Assembly: GCA_000165425.1 (NCBI GenBank)
Contig: CT868022.1
Coordinates: 124,001-188,000, forward strand
Source: Paramecium tetraurelia
Lineage: Eukaryota
Direction: 5' to 3'
Length of the DNA stretch: 64,000 bases
This document shows, in pieces, positions 14,549 through 27,709 of this stretch. The translations under genes were made by a program, and so were the position numbers. Every line of letters starts with the position of its first letter. The first letter of the stretch is position 1. Under the pieces are notes generated by a model. The model did no database searches. It was not told where the DNA came from and saw only the letters and a program-made list of their open reading frames with translations.

Positions 14549-15436
14549 TCAAAATTATGATAAATATTGACTAGTCAATTTAATAAACTCTCGAGGTTTC
14601 TCTACTTAAACCCAATGTCCTGCTACTGCAACAAAATGTATATCTTTATTGATGTCTAATTTTGGAAACACTTATAGAAAGCTGGCTCTATCATTTTAAT
14701 TCACATATTCCGATCTTTCTCCACATTTGACACAGACAGGACCATCGTAAGCGCTTCTAAATTCCTTGTGTCCCTATTTCTAGAATTCTTATATTGAATC
14801 AATGTTCAATCTCCATACATAATTATCATTCGTCCCTTCCTTAGACACAAGATTAGTCATGATCAATTGAGTCATTTCCTTGTTCCTCAGAACTTCATGA
14901 ATATTATTCTGAATGTCCTTGAGTCTGTTGTTTTTAAGATCAATTTCTTATAATTTCTTAACATAATTTTTCCCCTCTCCTTCTCCTGGCCCAACATCTA
15001 CTATTACGTTACCAAGGTGTCTGTCATTGGGAAAATTCTCCAGAAATGAAAATATAATTCTGCCTTTCCTAGCAGAACCACATTGTCTAGATAATGATTC
15101 TCAATAAAGTGTCTTAAATCACATGGCATCTCTTCGTAACTCATGGTCTGAGTCTATGGGGAGTCTCCGTGATTGCTTACATATCTGCCACTGTCTTACC
15201 GAGCATCTAACAAGTGGGCCGACTTGAGATGTTTGCTTATTTGGGTACTATTAACTAAGTTTTTAAAATTGGTCATGGAACCCATTAATCCATGTAGGAC
15301 TACTAGGTTTATTTTCCATTTCAGAAGGCTAATGAGGTGCTGGAATATGTGTATACTGGTTTCCTTGTGAGAATATGGAGAGTGAAAAGGGGGAGGAGTA
15401 TAAAAATGAAATGATGAATAGATTTATGTATGACAT
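14549..15436 (-). pseudogene. Alpha/beta-hydrolase (ABHD11/YbfF-like esterase) pseudogene
   Basis: LVVLHGLMGSMTNF, LDARNHGDSP (across a 24-nt intron), IVDVGP, YVWRLN, AGHWVQVEKP. Frameshift near 15310-15320 and loss of the G-H-S-M-G-G elbow with frameshift near 15064-15069. Confidence 0.82.
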
Positions 15437-15490
15437 ACTAAATTAAACAAAAGGTAGTATTATTGCTATATATTAAAATTTTATATATTA

Positions 15491-18400
15491 ATGAATAAAA
15501 GCAGCCTGAGTTCATCGAAAATCAAACTGTTGTCTTCAGGTGCACCAATAGAAGTCGTTCCGAATGAGATCATTTTCAAAGATATTCAAATAAACCAGAC
15601 TTATGAAATTGCTGTGTATGTGCGTAACTTGACACAGACTGCCCGTAGGATTCGGGTGTTTCAACCCCATTCGCATTTTAGATGCGATTATGAAATGCAA
15701 GGGTATGCAAGGTCTCCTTATTTAATGTAGTGCAATTGCAGCTGGGCTTTCGATGAAGTTAATTGTCACTTTTGAAACAGCCAGTCTGGATACATTTGCG
15801 GATTCCTTAAAGATCGTCACTGATAGTTAGTATAGCATAAATATTCCATTGCATGCCTTTCCAGCACAAGCAGCGTATTCCAATATAATAAATAAGGATT
15901 ATTTACGAGCCATTCATAAATCTGGGATTTGTGAGAGTGGGCAAGGAGAAGGTAGACAAAATCCATTTTAAAAACGAAGGGAAGGCAGCAGGAAGAGTCG
16001 AATTGAAATTGGATAGAATCGTTGAATTCCGAATAGAACCCAATTCATTCACTCTTACTCCAGGACAGGAATTTGCTGTCACTGTATCCTACAAGCCAAG
16101 AGAGGCAGGCATCTTCAGAGGCATCATTGAAGTCATAGCCGATGGCTAGCAAACTGGGTTGAGTCTGAAAAATCCCATTGATATTAATGCAACATCAATT
16201 GAATTTACAAGATTCCTGATTGATTAGAATGGAACCCAAAGCAATCACTTCAATTTTGGCACCATGTTCTATGGATAATAAAAATAAATCGAAGCCTATT
16301 TGATTAATAATACACCGAGACAATAGAGATTCAAGGCTAAATTGAAAAAGGGATTGCATGAAAAAGAAGAGACCCTTAAACTACAGACACCAGCGGAATT
16401 AGGTCTCGAATAAACCGAGAGAATAATGGAGTGTTGGCCAGACGAAGGAATGATTGAGTAATATTCCTAAGTGACAATAATATTTAAGTGTAAACCCAAA
16501 GTCAGTGAGGAATTGTAAGTCAGAACTCGTTAATATGCATTAAATTAAGACAAGAAAATGGAACAGGATAAGTTTGATTATTCGGCTATTTTTGACTTTA
16601 ACGATGATGAACCACTGATGAGTCATCTTTCTGTCAATTGCATTTGTCCATAGGTGAAATTTCCTCCAACGTAAACCTTGCAATTCGGACAGTGCGAAGC
16701 TAATTAGACCAAGGATATTGTGTTCGAAGTGTAAAATATGTCTAAGGAATAATCTATACTCGTTGGATTTCCAACAATTCCATACTTCACTGTGAATCCA
16801 TAATTAAAATCATTGGCTGTGAATGAGAAGGTCAATTTTTGGGTTAGTTTTAGACCAAAACATGTTGGTTAATTTTCAAATGTTCTAAATGCAGAAATCC
16901 TTGGGGGAGTCTTTAAGATTCCTATTAAAGTGACAGGAGTATGCTAGCAAATGTTGCCAAAGCCATAGTTTAAAAAGGGGGCTGAATCTGAAAGAGCAAC
17001 GTTAGAAATATCTAAAGACAGATCCATCTCTGGAATTAATAGAACATCAACAGATTAAGTAGTACAATCTTTTGAAATGTCTCAATCTCTAGTTTCATTG
17101 TCATAATTGAGTATGGACAAGATTGAAGAGATGAAAAAGCATAACAAGGAGAAATATAATGAGTATTTGAAGTAGCATCGAGAAAAACGAATTAAGAAGG
17201 ATAAGGACTCGCAAATAAAACTAAAATTTAAGTAGATGACTGAAAGGATGGATCAAATGAAGAATGAATCTTTGGTGCTGAAGAAAAAGAAACAACAAAC
17301 TACAGTTGAGGACAAACTTGATCCCCCTATTGATTATGAGTTTGCAGTTGGGATGCATGACGATGTGTACGAGTAAGACTTAAATCTGCCAGATGCTAAC
17401 GAATCGTTATTTGTGACCAAACCCATCTACCACTATGAACCATAAACAAGAGTTAAGGAGGGCAATGTTATTAAACCATTCGATCCTGATCCTAAGACTG
17501 TTCCTAAAAAGAAGTATCCTAGTGAACCAAAAACACACGGGGAAATAAGAGACACTACCACTGAATTAAATGCTCAATAGTTACTCAAGATTTGTGCTGG
17601 ACCAGTTAAGATGGAATTTGGTAACATCTTTGTGAAATCGATGGCTGTCAAGTACTTTTATGTTAGAAACGAGTTACGTAGTCCAATCTCTGCTAGGATC
17701 TATTCTGACAAGGAGGACTTGGTCAATTCATACATGAAACCTTAAATCATCCCAAGTGGATAGACTGCTGGATTTGATGTTTGCATTTGTTCTAAACAAT
17801 TAGGAATGTTCAAATCGCATTTAAAGTACATAATCAATGAGAAACACATTTTCGAGTTATAGGTTTAAGCAATGGTGGAGAAAGTCTTCCTCGAAATGAG
17901 TAGGTAGCAATTAAAAATGTCATTCACAGAAGACAATGCAGAAATGGAGACTTCTGAAATCCTAAGATTAACCAATAATGGCAATGCTGAAGCTAAATTC
18001 AAATGGATTACATCAGACAAGAAACTCTTCTACGTTAAGCCAGAAGAAGGAGTGGTTCCTTCAGGCAAACATTTGGAATGTTAGGTGTTCTATCGACCCT
18101 CATTTGGAGGAAATATCCAATATATTCAAGAAACTGCTGTCCTGTCATTGTACCCAAGACCATACTGCAGCCACAACTAAAACAGAGGAAGATAAAATAA
18201 TACTCAAAACAGACGAAGGCATCGATCAGACTATTAAATGTATGGGCGTAGTTACAGAACCTAAGTGTTCGATTAAGTAAGGTCAATTGGACTTCAAAGA
18301 TGTGATCTTGTGTAAACCAGAATCCAAATTAATTAGCATCAAAAATCATTCTAAATCTACTGCTGTTTTTGCTATTAAATCATAGATTGAATATTTAGAA

Positions 18401-21400
18401 ATAATGCCAATGAAAGGGAAGATCCTCTCAGAAGAAACCAAAGATATTCAGGTCAAATTCTTCAGCAAAGAAGAGAGATCCATTAAAGGAGACATCGTAA
18501 TACAAATAAGAGGAGGTAAGATCTTGAGTATCCCCTTTTCTGCTACATCAATAATCCCTAAAGTGGAAATTGAGTAGGACATCTTTGAGTTTGGGAATGT
18601 CACCACTCTGGGAACCAGCAACTCAATTCCATTGACATTTGTCAATACCTCTCCAGTGAGTGTGGAATTAATTTTGGATTTGAGAACACAAAACGATAAT
18701 CCTAGGGCTCCAGATGGAATCGAGTGTTTGGAAATTAAACCACAAGATGAAGAAGAACAAGTTATGCATTCAATTCTTCCCGATTAAGAAGAAGATGAAC
18801 CAAAGGAAGAGGACCCTTTGGATGATGCGTCAGAAAAGTCAGAACCAATCGAAATCGAATAAAAGTAGTACAAACAGTATGCCATTACCATTGGAGGTGG
18901 CAAGACTCTTCAATTTAATATGAGATTCTCACCCAAGGAAAGTCAAATAGTATTCCTTCGAGATCCCTATTACTTTGGCTAGATATGGTCCATTACCCAC
19001 ATTAATGAGGAAGGTGACATGTCGAGGACTCAAACCTAAGTTTTTGGTAGAACCTCAATAAATAGAATTCAAAAAGAAGATCATCACATCTCCTGATAAG
19101 TGTTTCCCTACTGTCGAAGAAATCAAACTATCGAATCCAGATAGAAAAGATGTCCATTGGAAGATTGATTGTTCTTCCCTGAAATCTGAAAAGATCTTTG
19201 GAATTGAACCTAGTGAAGGTATTGTGAGTAGTGGAGAATAAATAAAAATTAAAATCAAATTCAATCCTTATGGACCTGGGTAGTTTAATGGAGCAGTGCA
19301 ATTATACATACTTGAGGATCCAGAGATTCCATAGACTCTGCCATATGTCGAAATCACAATGAGTGGATCAGGTGCTTATCCAAGATTGTTATTTGATAAA
19401 AAGGAAGTGATATTACCTGTTGTACCTCTCAACATACAGTCGAGGTGCTATTTCAGAATCATTAACGATGGATATGAGAATTTAAATCTCAAATACAATT
19501 GGGCTCAGGAGATTAGCAATTATAATTTGGAACTCAAATTTCCTGAAGGCTCAACTTTGGGTGTTGCTAAGAATAAATTAACTGTTGAAGTAGTGTTTAG
19601 CAATAAAAAACCATTAAGTTTTACAACCAGAGTGGAATTCATCGACGAAGCCAGAGTCTACATCATTTATATATCAGGTACTACTGATAATTGTATATTT
19701 ACGAATCAGAGTTTTCTCTGGAGGATGGGCAGATATCAACTCGAAGTTGAAGACAAAAAACCCATCATGTATGTGGAAGATGAGAACTTAGATTCGGACA
19801 ACGAAAAGAATCCTAAACATAATTTCTCTGTCAAATCCACATCATCCAAAGGAACTGCCAACCTGGGTTACACACCTATTCGAAGAGATTTGCTAGACTA
19901 AGCTAATGAATACATTGCAAGATGGCTTAATTATCATGTCCTAACTACAAGCATTAGTACATACCCTGAAGATGTGATCAGTTCTAATGGGTAATAAATC
20001 TTTGAGTTAATCTCTTTTCTAACTGGAAAAACCACATTTCCTTATAAGTAGAACATAGACCCAAATTGGAAGAAATCCCAAAAAGCTGATGTCCTCTACA
20101 AGCAATATGATGAACTCATAAGGTAACTGAAAATTGAGGGAGCTCTGCTTAATCACATACGATCTGAATACTTATTAGGCTATCAAGATTATTTAGCTTG
20201 GCTTAAAAATTAACCTCCTTCTAAATATGAAAATGTTCCAGAAAATCTACTAAGATTGAATGTCACCAAATACACATATATTCAATATGATTCTTGGATC
20301 TCCCTATTTTATCAAATACTCAAGATCTATTATCTGAATAGAATCACAGCCAAGTCGTTTAAGAGTCTGCCAGGGATCCCTCAAAATAAACTAGCTATTC
20401 CTGAATATTACTTAGAGGGATCCAATGTGATTTCTTAGCCTGAAGGTATTCTACTATACTTCTATGAAATCTGCTATGAGATCTAGCATTCTGCATATAA
20501 AAGAATCAAGAACTTCGACTTAGATTTCAAGGATTCAATCTTCATCTCAGATGCCTTAAATACATTCATCGGAACATCGATGTCTAAATTTTTTGTAAAA
20601 TTTGAGGAATGTCTGCAATAGTGAAGATGATTATAAACATAACACAGAGAAATTGTTCCCTGCTTTACAAGATTTCGGATTATAATCTCATCTGTTGCCT
20701 CAAGATGTTTATCATCCGAATTGTAGAGAAATGGTCATGATGTTGGTGTAATTCTTCTTCGCTTTGCCTTATTATGTGCCATAAAAGGATCCCATCTTTT
20801 TCTCTTGTGTCTTGGGAGAAGAAGTCATCAAGAGTATCGAACTCAAGAACCCTACTCAAAAACCAATCAGTTATTGGGTTAAATATGAAGGACATCCAGA
20901 TTTTCAATTAGATGGAGATGAGAGCATTAAAATAGATCCAGACGTACCCTATTAATACAAAATCAAATTCACGTCTCGTATCTCATAGCCCGTTACTGGT
21001 AGAGTGATATTCACGAATAAAAAAGAGTCCAATGTTTAAGCAGCCGCCTTGGTGTTTGAGTTAAAGTCAAGCATAACTGGAAGGAAATCTGAAAAGTAAT
21101 GGAATGTGAGTTCAATTTTATACGAAATTTTCGATTTTCAAATTTAGATTACCAACAAATTCTTGTTTGATGGAGACTTCTAAATTATAATCACTCACGA
21201 GAAAAAGCAATAAGATCAATAGAAGAGGAAAGGCAAACAAGTGATATAATAAGTACAATAAACGTAAGAAGAAGAGTTTCCTGCATTCTTCTGTTAATAG
21301 GATAGGATTAGAATAAGGAAAAATCAAACTATAAATCTAATTTTGTAGTACATCCCACTAATTATGGAGACACATAAATGCTAGATAGTATTTACAGATC

Positions 21401-24229
21401 CTCAAGTGGGGGAATTTTAACATGATTTATAAGGAACAGTGGAGTTGCCCAATATATCAGGTGAATTTAAACCTGAGAAACTATTATACGTTGATCAGGC
21501 AATTCAGATTCCATATCAAATTCCCTTTAAGAATGAGTAGATACTAAGAGCAAGATAATAGATATTACAAATACTGTAATTTAAGTAGAAGATTAAATAA
21601 TAATAAAACATCGCTGATAAAACTAGTTCATCTAACAATTTCTTGAATAATCCCAATTTCCCTGGAGGCAATTTAGACTAAATTACGTTTGAATTAGAGG
21701 TATTCCCAGCTACACAATACGTCCAAGTGCCCAACGTTCTTACTGTTGCAGATAGTACGAAAAGATCAACTGATAGAAACAATGATGGCAAATTACCTGT
21801 AACTTATGCCTTTAAAAATGCCACTAGAGATTTTAATGTAATCTTGACATTAAAAAACAAATTTGATATCAGAAGGTATAAGTTAACTGCATAAGTGTTA
21901 CCAAAAGTAGTCAAGGCCACTTTAGAGTTTAGAATACCAGCTAGATAATAAGTGATTTAAGAAGTACCAATAGTAAATGGATCGGATAAGGATTGGGTGA
22001 TTAAAGTGTAATTGACTCAATCTGGAGACAACTTATTTTAATGTCCGAATAAGGAGTTTGTGATAAAGAAGAAAACTACTGGATAATTTCCAATTACATT
22101 TCATCCTCAATGGATAGCTTAGAGTGAGGCCAAATTGATTTTGAGCAATCCAATCACGAATGATATGTTCGAGTATGATTTGATTGGGATTGGAGAAGAG
22201 CCAGTGGCTGAGGAACATATCATTTTGAATTGCACTCCAAGGAGGGTATTAAAAAGAGATATAGAGCTGAAGAATTAGACAGACAAGTAAATAGTCTACA
22301 AAGTTGAGACTGATTTGATCTATGCAACGGGTTAATCTTCAATTACAGTGGGAGCAGGGAAGAAGGCTATTTATTAGTTGACAGTCCAACCAATTTTATC
22401 TGGATAATACACCGGATCCATAACATTCACAGAAGAAAATGGGAAGTATCTATGGTACACAGTTTTCATGAACACAGAGTCACCTAAATCAGTACAAACA
22501 TTAGAATTGTCTTGTTTAATCAGATAGGCCACTGTGATTTAATTGACATTGCAAAACCCTCTTCCAGAGACTGCTATTTATGAAGCAATCATCAGTGGCG
22601 ACGGATTGATAGGTGAAGATCAGTTTGCCATTGGAGCTAATAAGGAGGGTCCTTATGAGTTGACCTTCGCTCCTTTTAAAGTGGGTAGGTGGAGAGGAAG
22701 TGTTGCATTTGTTAATAGATAACTTGGAGAGGTTTGGTATGAATTCATATTGACATGTGAGGAATAGCCAGTGATCAAACTAAATCTGTTGAAGGCATCC
22801 TTGGGAAAGGTGGAATAACAAGTAGTAATACTTGAAAATCCATCTGATCAAAAAGTAACCCTATAATCCAGAGTAAGCAACCCCACCAATTTCGATGTGC
22901 TACCTGATGAATTAGTCATACAACCTTTTGATTATCTAAAAGTCAGCGTCAGATATACTCCTTCCTCTTTAGATTAAATAGAACAATCTGAAATTATATT
23001 TACATCATCAATAGGAAAATGGCATTATTTAGCTTTTGGAAATGGACTTCCTCCAACTAAATTTTCTGCTGCCACTGTTAGCATAGGATTGAACAAGGAT
23101 TTCAGTTCAGTTGTTCATTTTAAGAATCCCTTCAAGGATCCAATTACAGTCAAAATTGACTTGGATGCACAAGGACACAATAAAGATATCTTTAGATTGT
23201 TGACAAGCAAAAATGATAAGGTTTTAGTCCCAGGAATGAATGTCTTACAAATCCCTTATTCATTTGTACCCAGAGAAATCACTAGCTATTATGCCGAAGT
23301 CATTGTCCAAATGAATGAAAAGATTTCTTGGGTTTTCCCTATTAAAGGAGTCACTGAAAGTGTTTCCACTCAGACCTTATTCCACTTCAAAGCCAAATGC
23401 AGAGATAAGTGGGAAGATGAGATTAAAATAGGTTTATAAGGCATTGCTCAAACCTTGTAGGCTGATGATAAATTTGAATTCGAGTTAGGCAATGTACCAG
23501 TGGATCTACAACAAATGATTCAAAAATGCTTTAGTGTTAAATGTACTAAGAACTATCTAAGCAACCCTCATGAGAATCTACATTATGCAGTGCGCTTTCA
23601 ACCTATGAAACCATTCAAAGCCAGTCTCGAATTCATAGTTTTGAGATAAAGTGGAGGCAGATGGAAGTAATATCTCATACATATATCTAGATATAAAATA
23701 ATATTAGAAGCCACTCCCCCCGATGAAGATGATGTCATTATCATTAGTTCTCCTCTAAATAAAACCACCAGTGTCTCCTTCAAACTCACTAACAAAACAA
23801 AAAACTATGCCAAATTCTATGCAGGGTTCACTCCAGATTCCGATGCAGAATTTTCCATCATACCCAAAGTTGGCGATCTTGAGCCTTACGGCAGAGAAGG
23901 GACAACCTTTGTCATATCATTTACTCCAATCGAATATGGCAAAATAAGAAAAGGCAAATTAATCATCTAGACTGAAGAGATGTACTGGTACTACTTACTT
24001 AATATCTCCTAGGTCATATGTCATTAAAGGAATCCTCCCAAGATATGTGCCTCCTCATGTTAAACATTCATCTATTGACACTCATCTAAGTTAATCTCTC
24101 ATTCAACAGTCATCTCTTATGGATTTATCCAAAAACTTTGTCATTGACAACATCAAAAAAGCCAGACAACTCACTCCTCCTTCATCCAGAAAGCAAATCT
24201 TATCAGAAGCATCCTTTTTAAAGAAATGA
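15491..24229 (+). CDS. CFAP47: Cilia- and flagella-associated protein 47 (ASH/PapD-like Ig repeats + calponin-homology domain), ~2,880 aa; three apparent +1 frameshifts
   Basis: N-terminal EVVPNEIIFKDI..VRNLT..RRIR..IAAGLSMKLIVTF; CH-like NFDLDFKDS..HNTEKL..DVYHPNCREMVMML..LPYYVP; C-terminal GGRWKY..DDVIIISSPLNK..FTPDSDAEF..GDLEPYGREGTTFVISFTP.EYGK..LIIQTEEMYW. Introns 15703-15730, 15875-15896 and two near the 3' end. Confidence 0.88.
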
Positions 24230-24340
24230 GCAATGTCAATTATTTTACACAATTTATATACAAATATTTACTTCAAATTTTCTACCTATTTTTTATTTCA
24301 TTTTGATTATAATATATATATTTATATGTATTTATATATT

Positions 24341-24639
24341 TCATGCAAATATTGAACCGTGCTCGTTTCCTCTCAGAGCATGCTATATTTTAGGCTATAC
24401 ACAGGCTTCAACACAAGTCACCAAATCTCGATAAGGGTACATCTTACTATTAATCTAAATAATACACAATTTTTTTCAGGATCAGCATTTTTCAATGAAA
24501 GGAAGGCCTTTACACATCTGTCGTACTTATCATCATACCATTTGCATTATGGTCGGCACATTTAAATAACCATGTCCTTTGGATCTTTACCATTTTCAAT
24601 CATATTATGGATTTCTGTCTTATAATTTTCACTGTTCAT
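24341..24639 (-). CDS. QCR6: Cytochrome bc1 complex hinge subunit (QCR6/UQCRH)
   Basis: DPKDMVIQMCRPQCKWYDDKYDRCVK...EKNCMYPYRDLVTCVEACVQPKIQHAL has the hinge-protein Cys pattern; one 23-nt intron. Confidence 0.85.
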
Positions 24640-24836
24640 TAAATTTATTTTTAATATCTCTCTATTTATTTAATTTTTTATCTTAATCTCTCATTTCATT
24701 TCCCTTCTTATTCATTTTAATTTAAATTCTATAGACTATTATTGAAATAAACTTCAATAACAAAATAAGAATTGATGATTATAATGATTTAATTAATATA
24801 ATGCCAAATTTAAGTGAATTGATAAATCTATATTAT

Positions 24837-25511
24837 TCAAACAGGTACTTTTACTTCGGTGATAAGACTTTAACAAAGTGGGCATGTTTATTTTACTTTT
24901 AACCATTTTTAGATGCAATCTTCGTGAAAACTGTGAGAACATTTTAAGATTTTATTGTTTTCTGTAATATCCTCTAAACATATATAGCAATTTTTTATTC
25001 CCTACATTTCTCTTAGTTTTTCCTATTTATAACCATCGCATTCAGCAATATGTTCCTTTAGCCAAGCTTTCACTATTGGAAAAGAGCAATAAGGACATTT
25101 CACTTCGCCATAATAATCATATTGGCAGACCTTTAAGTGATCGTTTAAGTATTGCTTAACAATATTATCGCCACATTATCGGCATTGTTATTCAACTAAA
25201 TCAGGATAACTTATTTGTTCTTCACACAGACCAACGTGAACCCAATAATCCTTTTTGAACATTTCGGTATCACAATAAGGACAGCTTACCTAATCATAGT
25301 CACGCGGATCAAATTATTCAATTTATTAGAGATCTTATACTTGTTGTCCAATATCTTAATCTAATTAGGCTATTGGCTAATTTATGACATTTTCTTCTGG
25401 GCTCTAGCATGTTTATTCATCCTATTGTTAACTTTGAGAATTTGGAGACTCATCCTCAAGGTTTTAAATAGGGATAGATGTTGTAATATTCTCACTAGAA
25501 TTTTAGATCAT
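24837..25511 (-). CDS. RING-H2 E3 ligase-like protein with three C2HC (TRAF/XAF1-like) zinc fingers, 224 aa
   Basis: CPYC..HVGLC, CRQC..HLKVC, CPYC..HIAEC, then [33 protein letters not shown]; intronless. Confidence 0.9.
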
Positions 25512-25866
25512 AATAATTATAAATTTTTCTTTTTTTTATATATGGATTTAAAGATGAATTAAAATTATTATTCTATTATGTTAATAGAATTTGTCTAAAA
25601 TCTTGTAATGCAAAAACCTTTTTTTAATATTAAAATTTTTTTCTTTCCTTATAAGGCATTATCATATTGTATGAAATTTCTATCATTAAGTCAATATAAG
25701 TGAAAAGATAGCACCTAATTTTGATTTAAAGATTAGCTATCCTAGTTTGATGATTAAAGTCATATAGTAAACAAGAAATTAGGAATTATTAGTTTTATAA
25801 CAAAATGAACATTTAAATTTTTATGTAATTAGAAAATATTGAATTAATAAAATTACTTGAAAAACA

Positions 25867-27183
25867 ATGAGGGAAATTTTAGTAATATAATTGGGAGGTT
25901 TTGGTAACAAAGTTGGAGTAAAGTTTTGGGAGGAAATGCTAAAAGATAGTGATTTCGGTAACCAAAATGAATAAGGTCTTTAAAGCTAAGATCCCCTACT
26001 TAATTCAATTAATAATGTCTATTTTAACTTAAACTAGAACAAACCACTTCCTAGATGCGTTTAGGTTGATTTGGGACAGGATTTACCTTGTACTAATATA
26101 GACTTTAATCCATGTTCTCAGTTCTCATTCAACTACTCATCTGGCAATAATTATGGGTTTGTAAAGAATCACTGTGCGAATGAAATAATGGACATTATTG
26201 TTGATAGTATCCGATAAGAAACTGAAAAATGCGATTAATTGTAAGGAATCTAATTATTTTCATCCATAATTGGTGGTACTGGATCTGGATTAATAGCTGC
26301 CTTGGACGATAAATTAGGATATGACCCACTACTTTAATATAACTTATTGATTCCTTCTATTAAATAAGACGATGTTTGTGTTGTTTCCCCTTATAACTCT
26401 ATTTTAGCCTTATCCCAAATTATGAATTAGAGGGAATAAATAGTATGTTTTGATAACTAAGGACTTAAATAAAATTTGAGTAGATTGGGAATCGAATTTA
26501 ATTACGATGATGCCAATCATCATATTGCTTAAACAATATGTTGTAATTCTTCGCCATTTCGAAATAATGGGGACATTAATTCTAGTTTGAAAAAACTAAG
26601 TGCAAACTTGATTCCTTTTCCGCAATAAAATTTTCTAACATGCAGCTAGTCCAATAATTAATTCAGTGATTACTTTAAAGAATATTTGAAGATGGACGAA
26701 ACCTAGATTTTCAGAGAATTAATGTCCACAAATCACAATCAAGCTAGCAATGATTACACTTAAGGTCGATTTCTTACTGCAGCACTTAGTTTGAGAGGAA
26801 ATATATCAAATAAAGAGGTTGACAAATCATGCTCCCTTTTCCAACATTATCTAGATAAACAAACTTACTATAGGAGGTAAGAAGCAAAAAAAATAAAGTA
26901 CATTGATATGTTTCTAACGAATATTTGCAAGAAACCATTTTAAAATTTTGAATATTTTGGAAGTTGCTTAATTAATTCAACTAGCATTACTCAATCTCTA
27001 GAGAGCCTAATTGAAAAATTTAATAAAATGTATGTTCGAAAAAGTTATCTATATAAATACACATAAGAAGGAATTGACGAGGATAATTTCATTGATGCTA
27101 AAACTCGCCTTGAAGAGATTTGTGATTCTTATAAAAATACATACTAGGAAGATTTCGGAGAAGGTCATGAAAATTGGGAATGA
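25867..27183 (+). CDS. Highly divergent beta-like tubulin (theta-/BLT-type), 438 aa, intronless
   Basis: MREILVIQLGGFGNKVGVKFWE, PRCVQVDL, SSGNNY, EKCDQLQG..SIIGGTGSG, VVSPYNSILAL, FDNQGL, GDINSSLKKLSANLIPFP, GRFLTAALSLRG, NSTSI, KMYVRKSYLYKYTQEGIDEDNF. Confidence 0.93.
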
Positions 27184-27709
27184 AAAAAGGCAAATAGAAG
27201 AACCATTTTATTATTTGAATTTTTAATGAAAATTTAAATATTGTTATCATTACAATGAATATTCATAAAAAATATTGATCTAATTACCCAATTGAGAATC
27301 ATTTTACGCTTAATAATTGAATAAATTAAAAGTTTCAATTAAGAAATTTTGTCTTATTTACTATATTAGAAGGTAATTAGCCTTAGTATTTAAGAATATC
27401 ATACAAAAATATATTAAGATAAAATTTAAACAATTTTTCTTTATATGTTAATTATCTTTTATACACAATCTATTATAGTATAAGAAGTTAAGGTTACCTT
27501 CATAAAAACCTCTGCCTTACTCTCTTTTTCATCAATATTGTTAATTGTTCTAAGGCATTTACTCAACATTTCAATTTTAGAATTAAACTTTGTCCTAACA
27601 AATTATTCTTTCTATTGATTCTATTCTTTATTTCTATTTTTTTAAGGATATTCGAAATTCAATTAATCATATATTTAGTATACTATATATTTAATATAAA
27701 TAATAAAAG

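Noticed and set aside
18105..20600. Euplotes-style programmed +1 frameshifting in CFAP47
   Set aside because: Sites lack the AAA-TAA/TAG context and TAR is not a stop in this code; indel error is more parsimonious.
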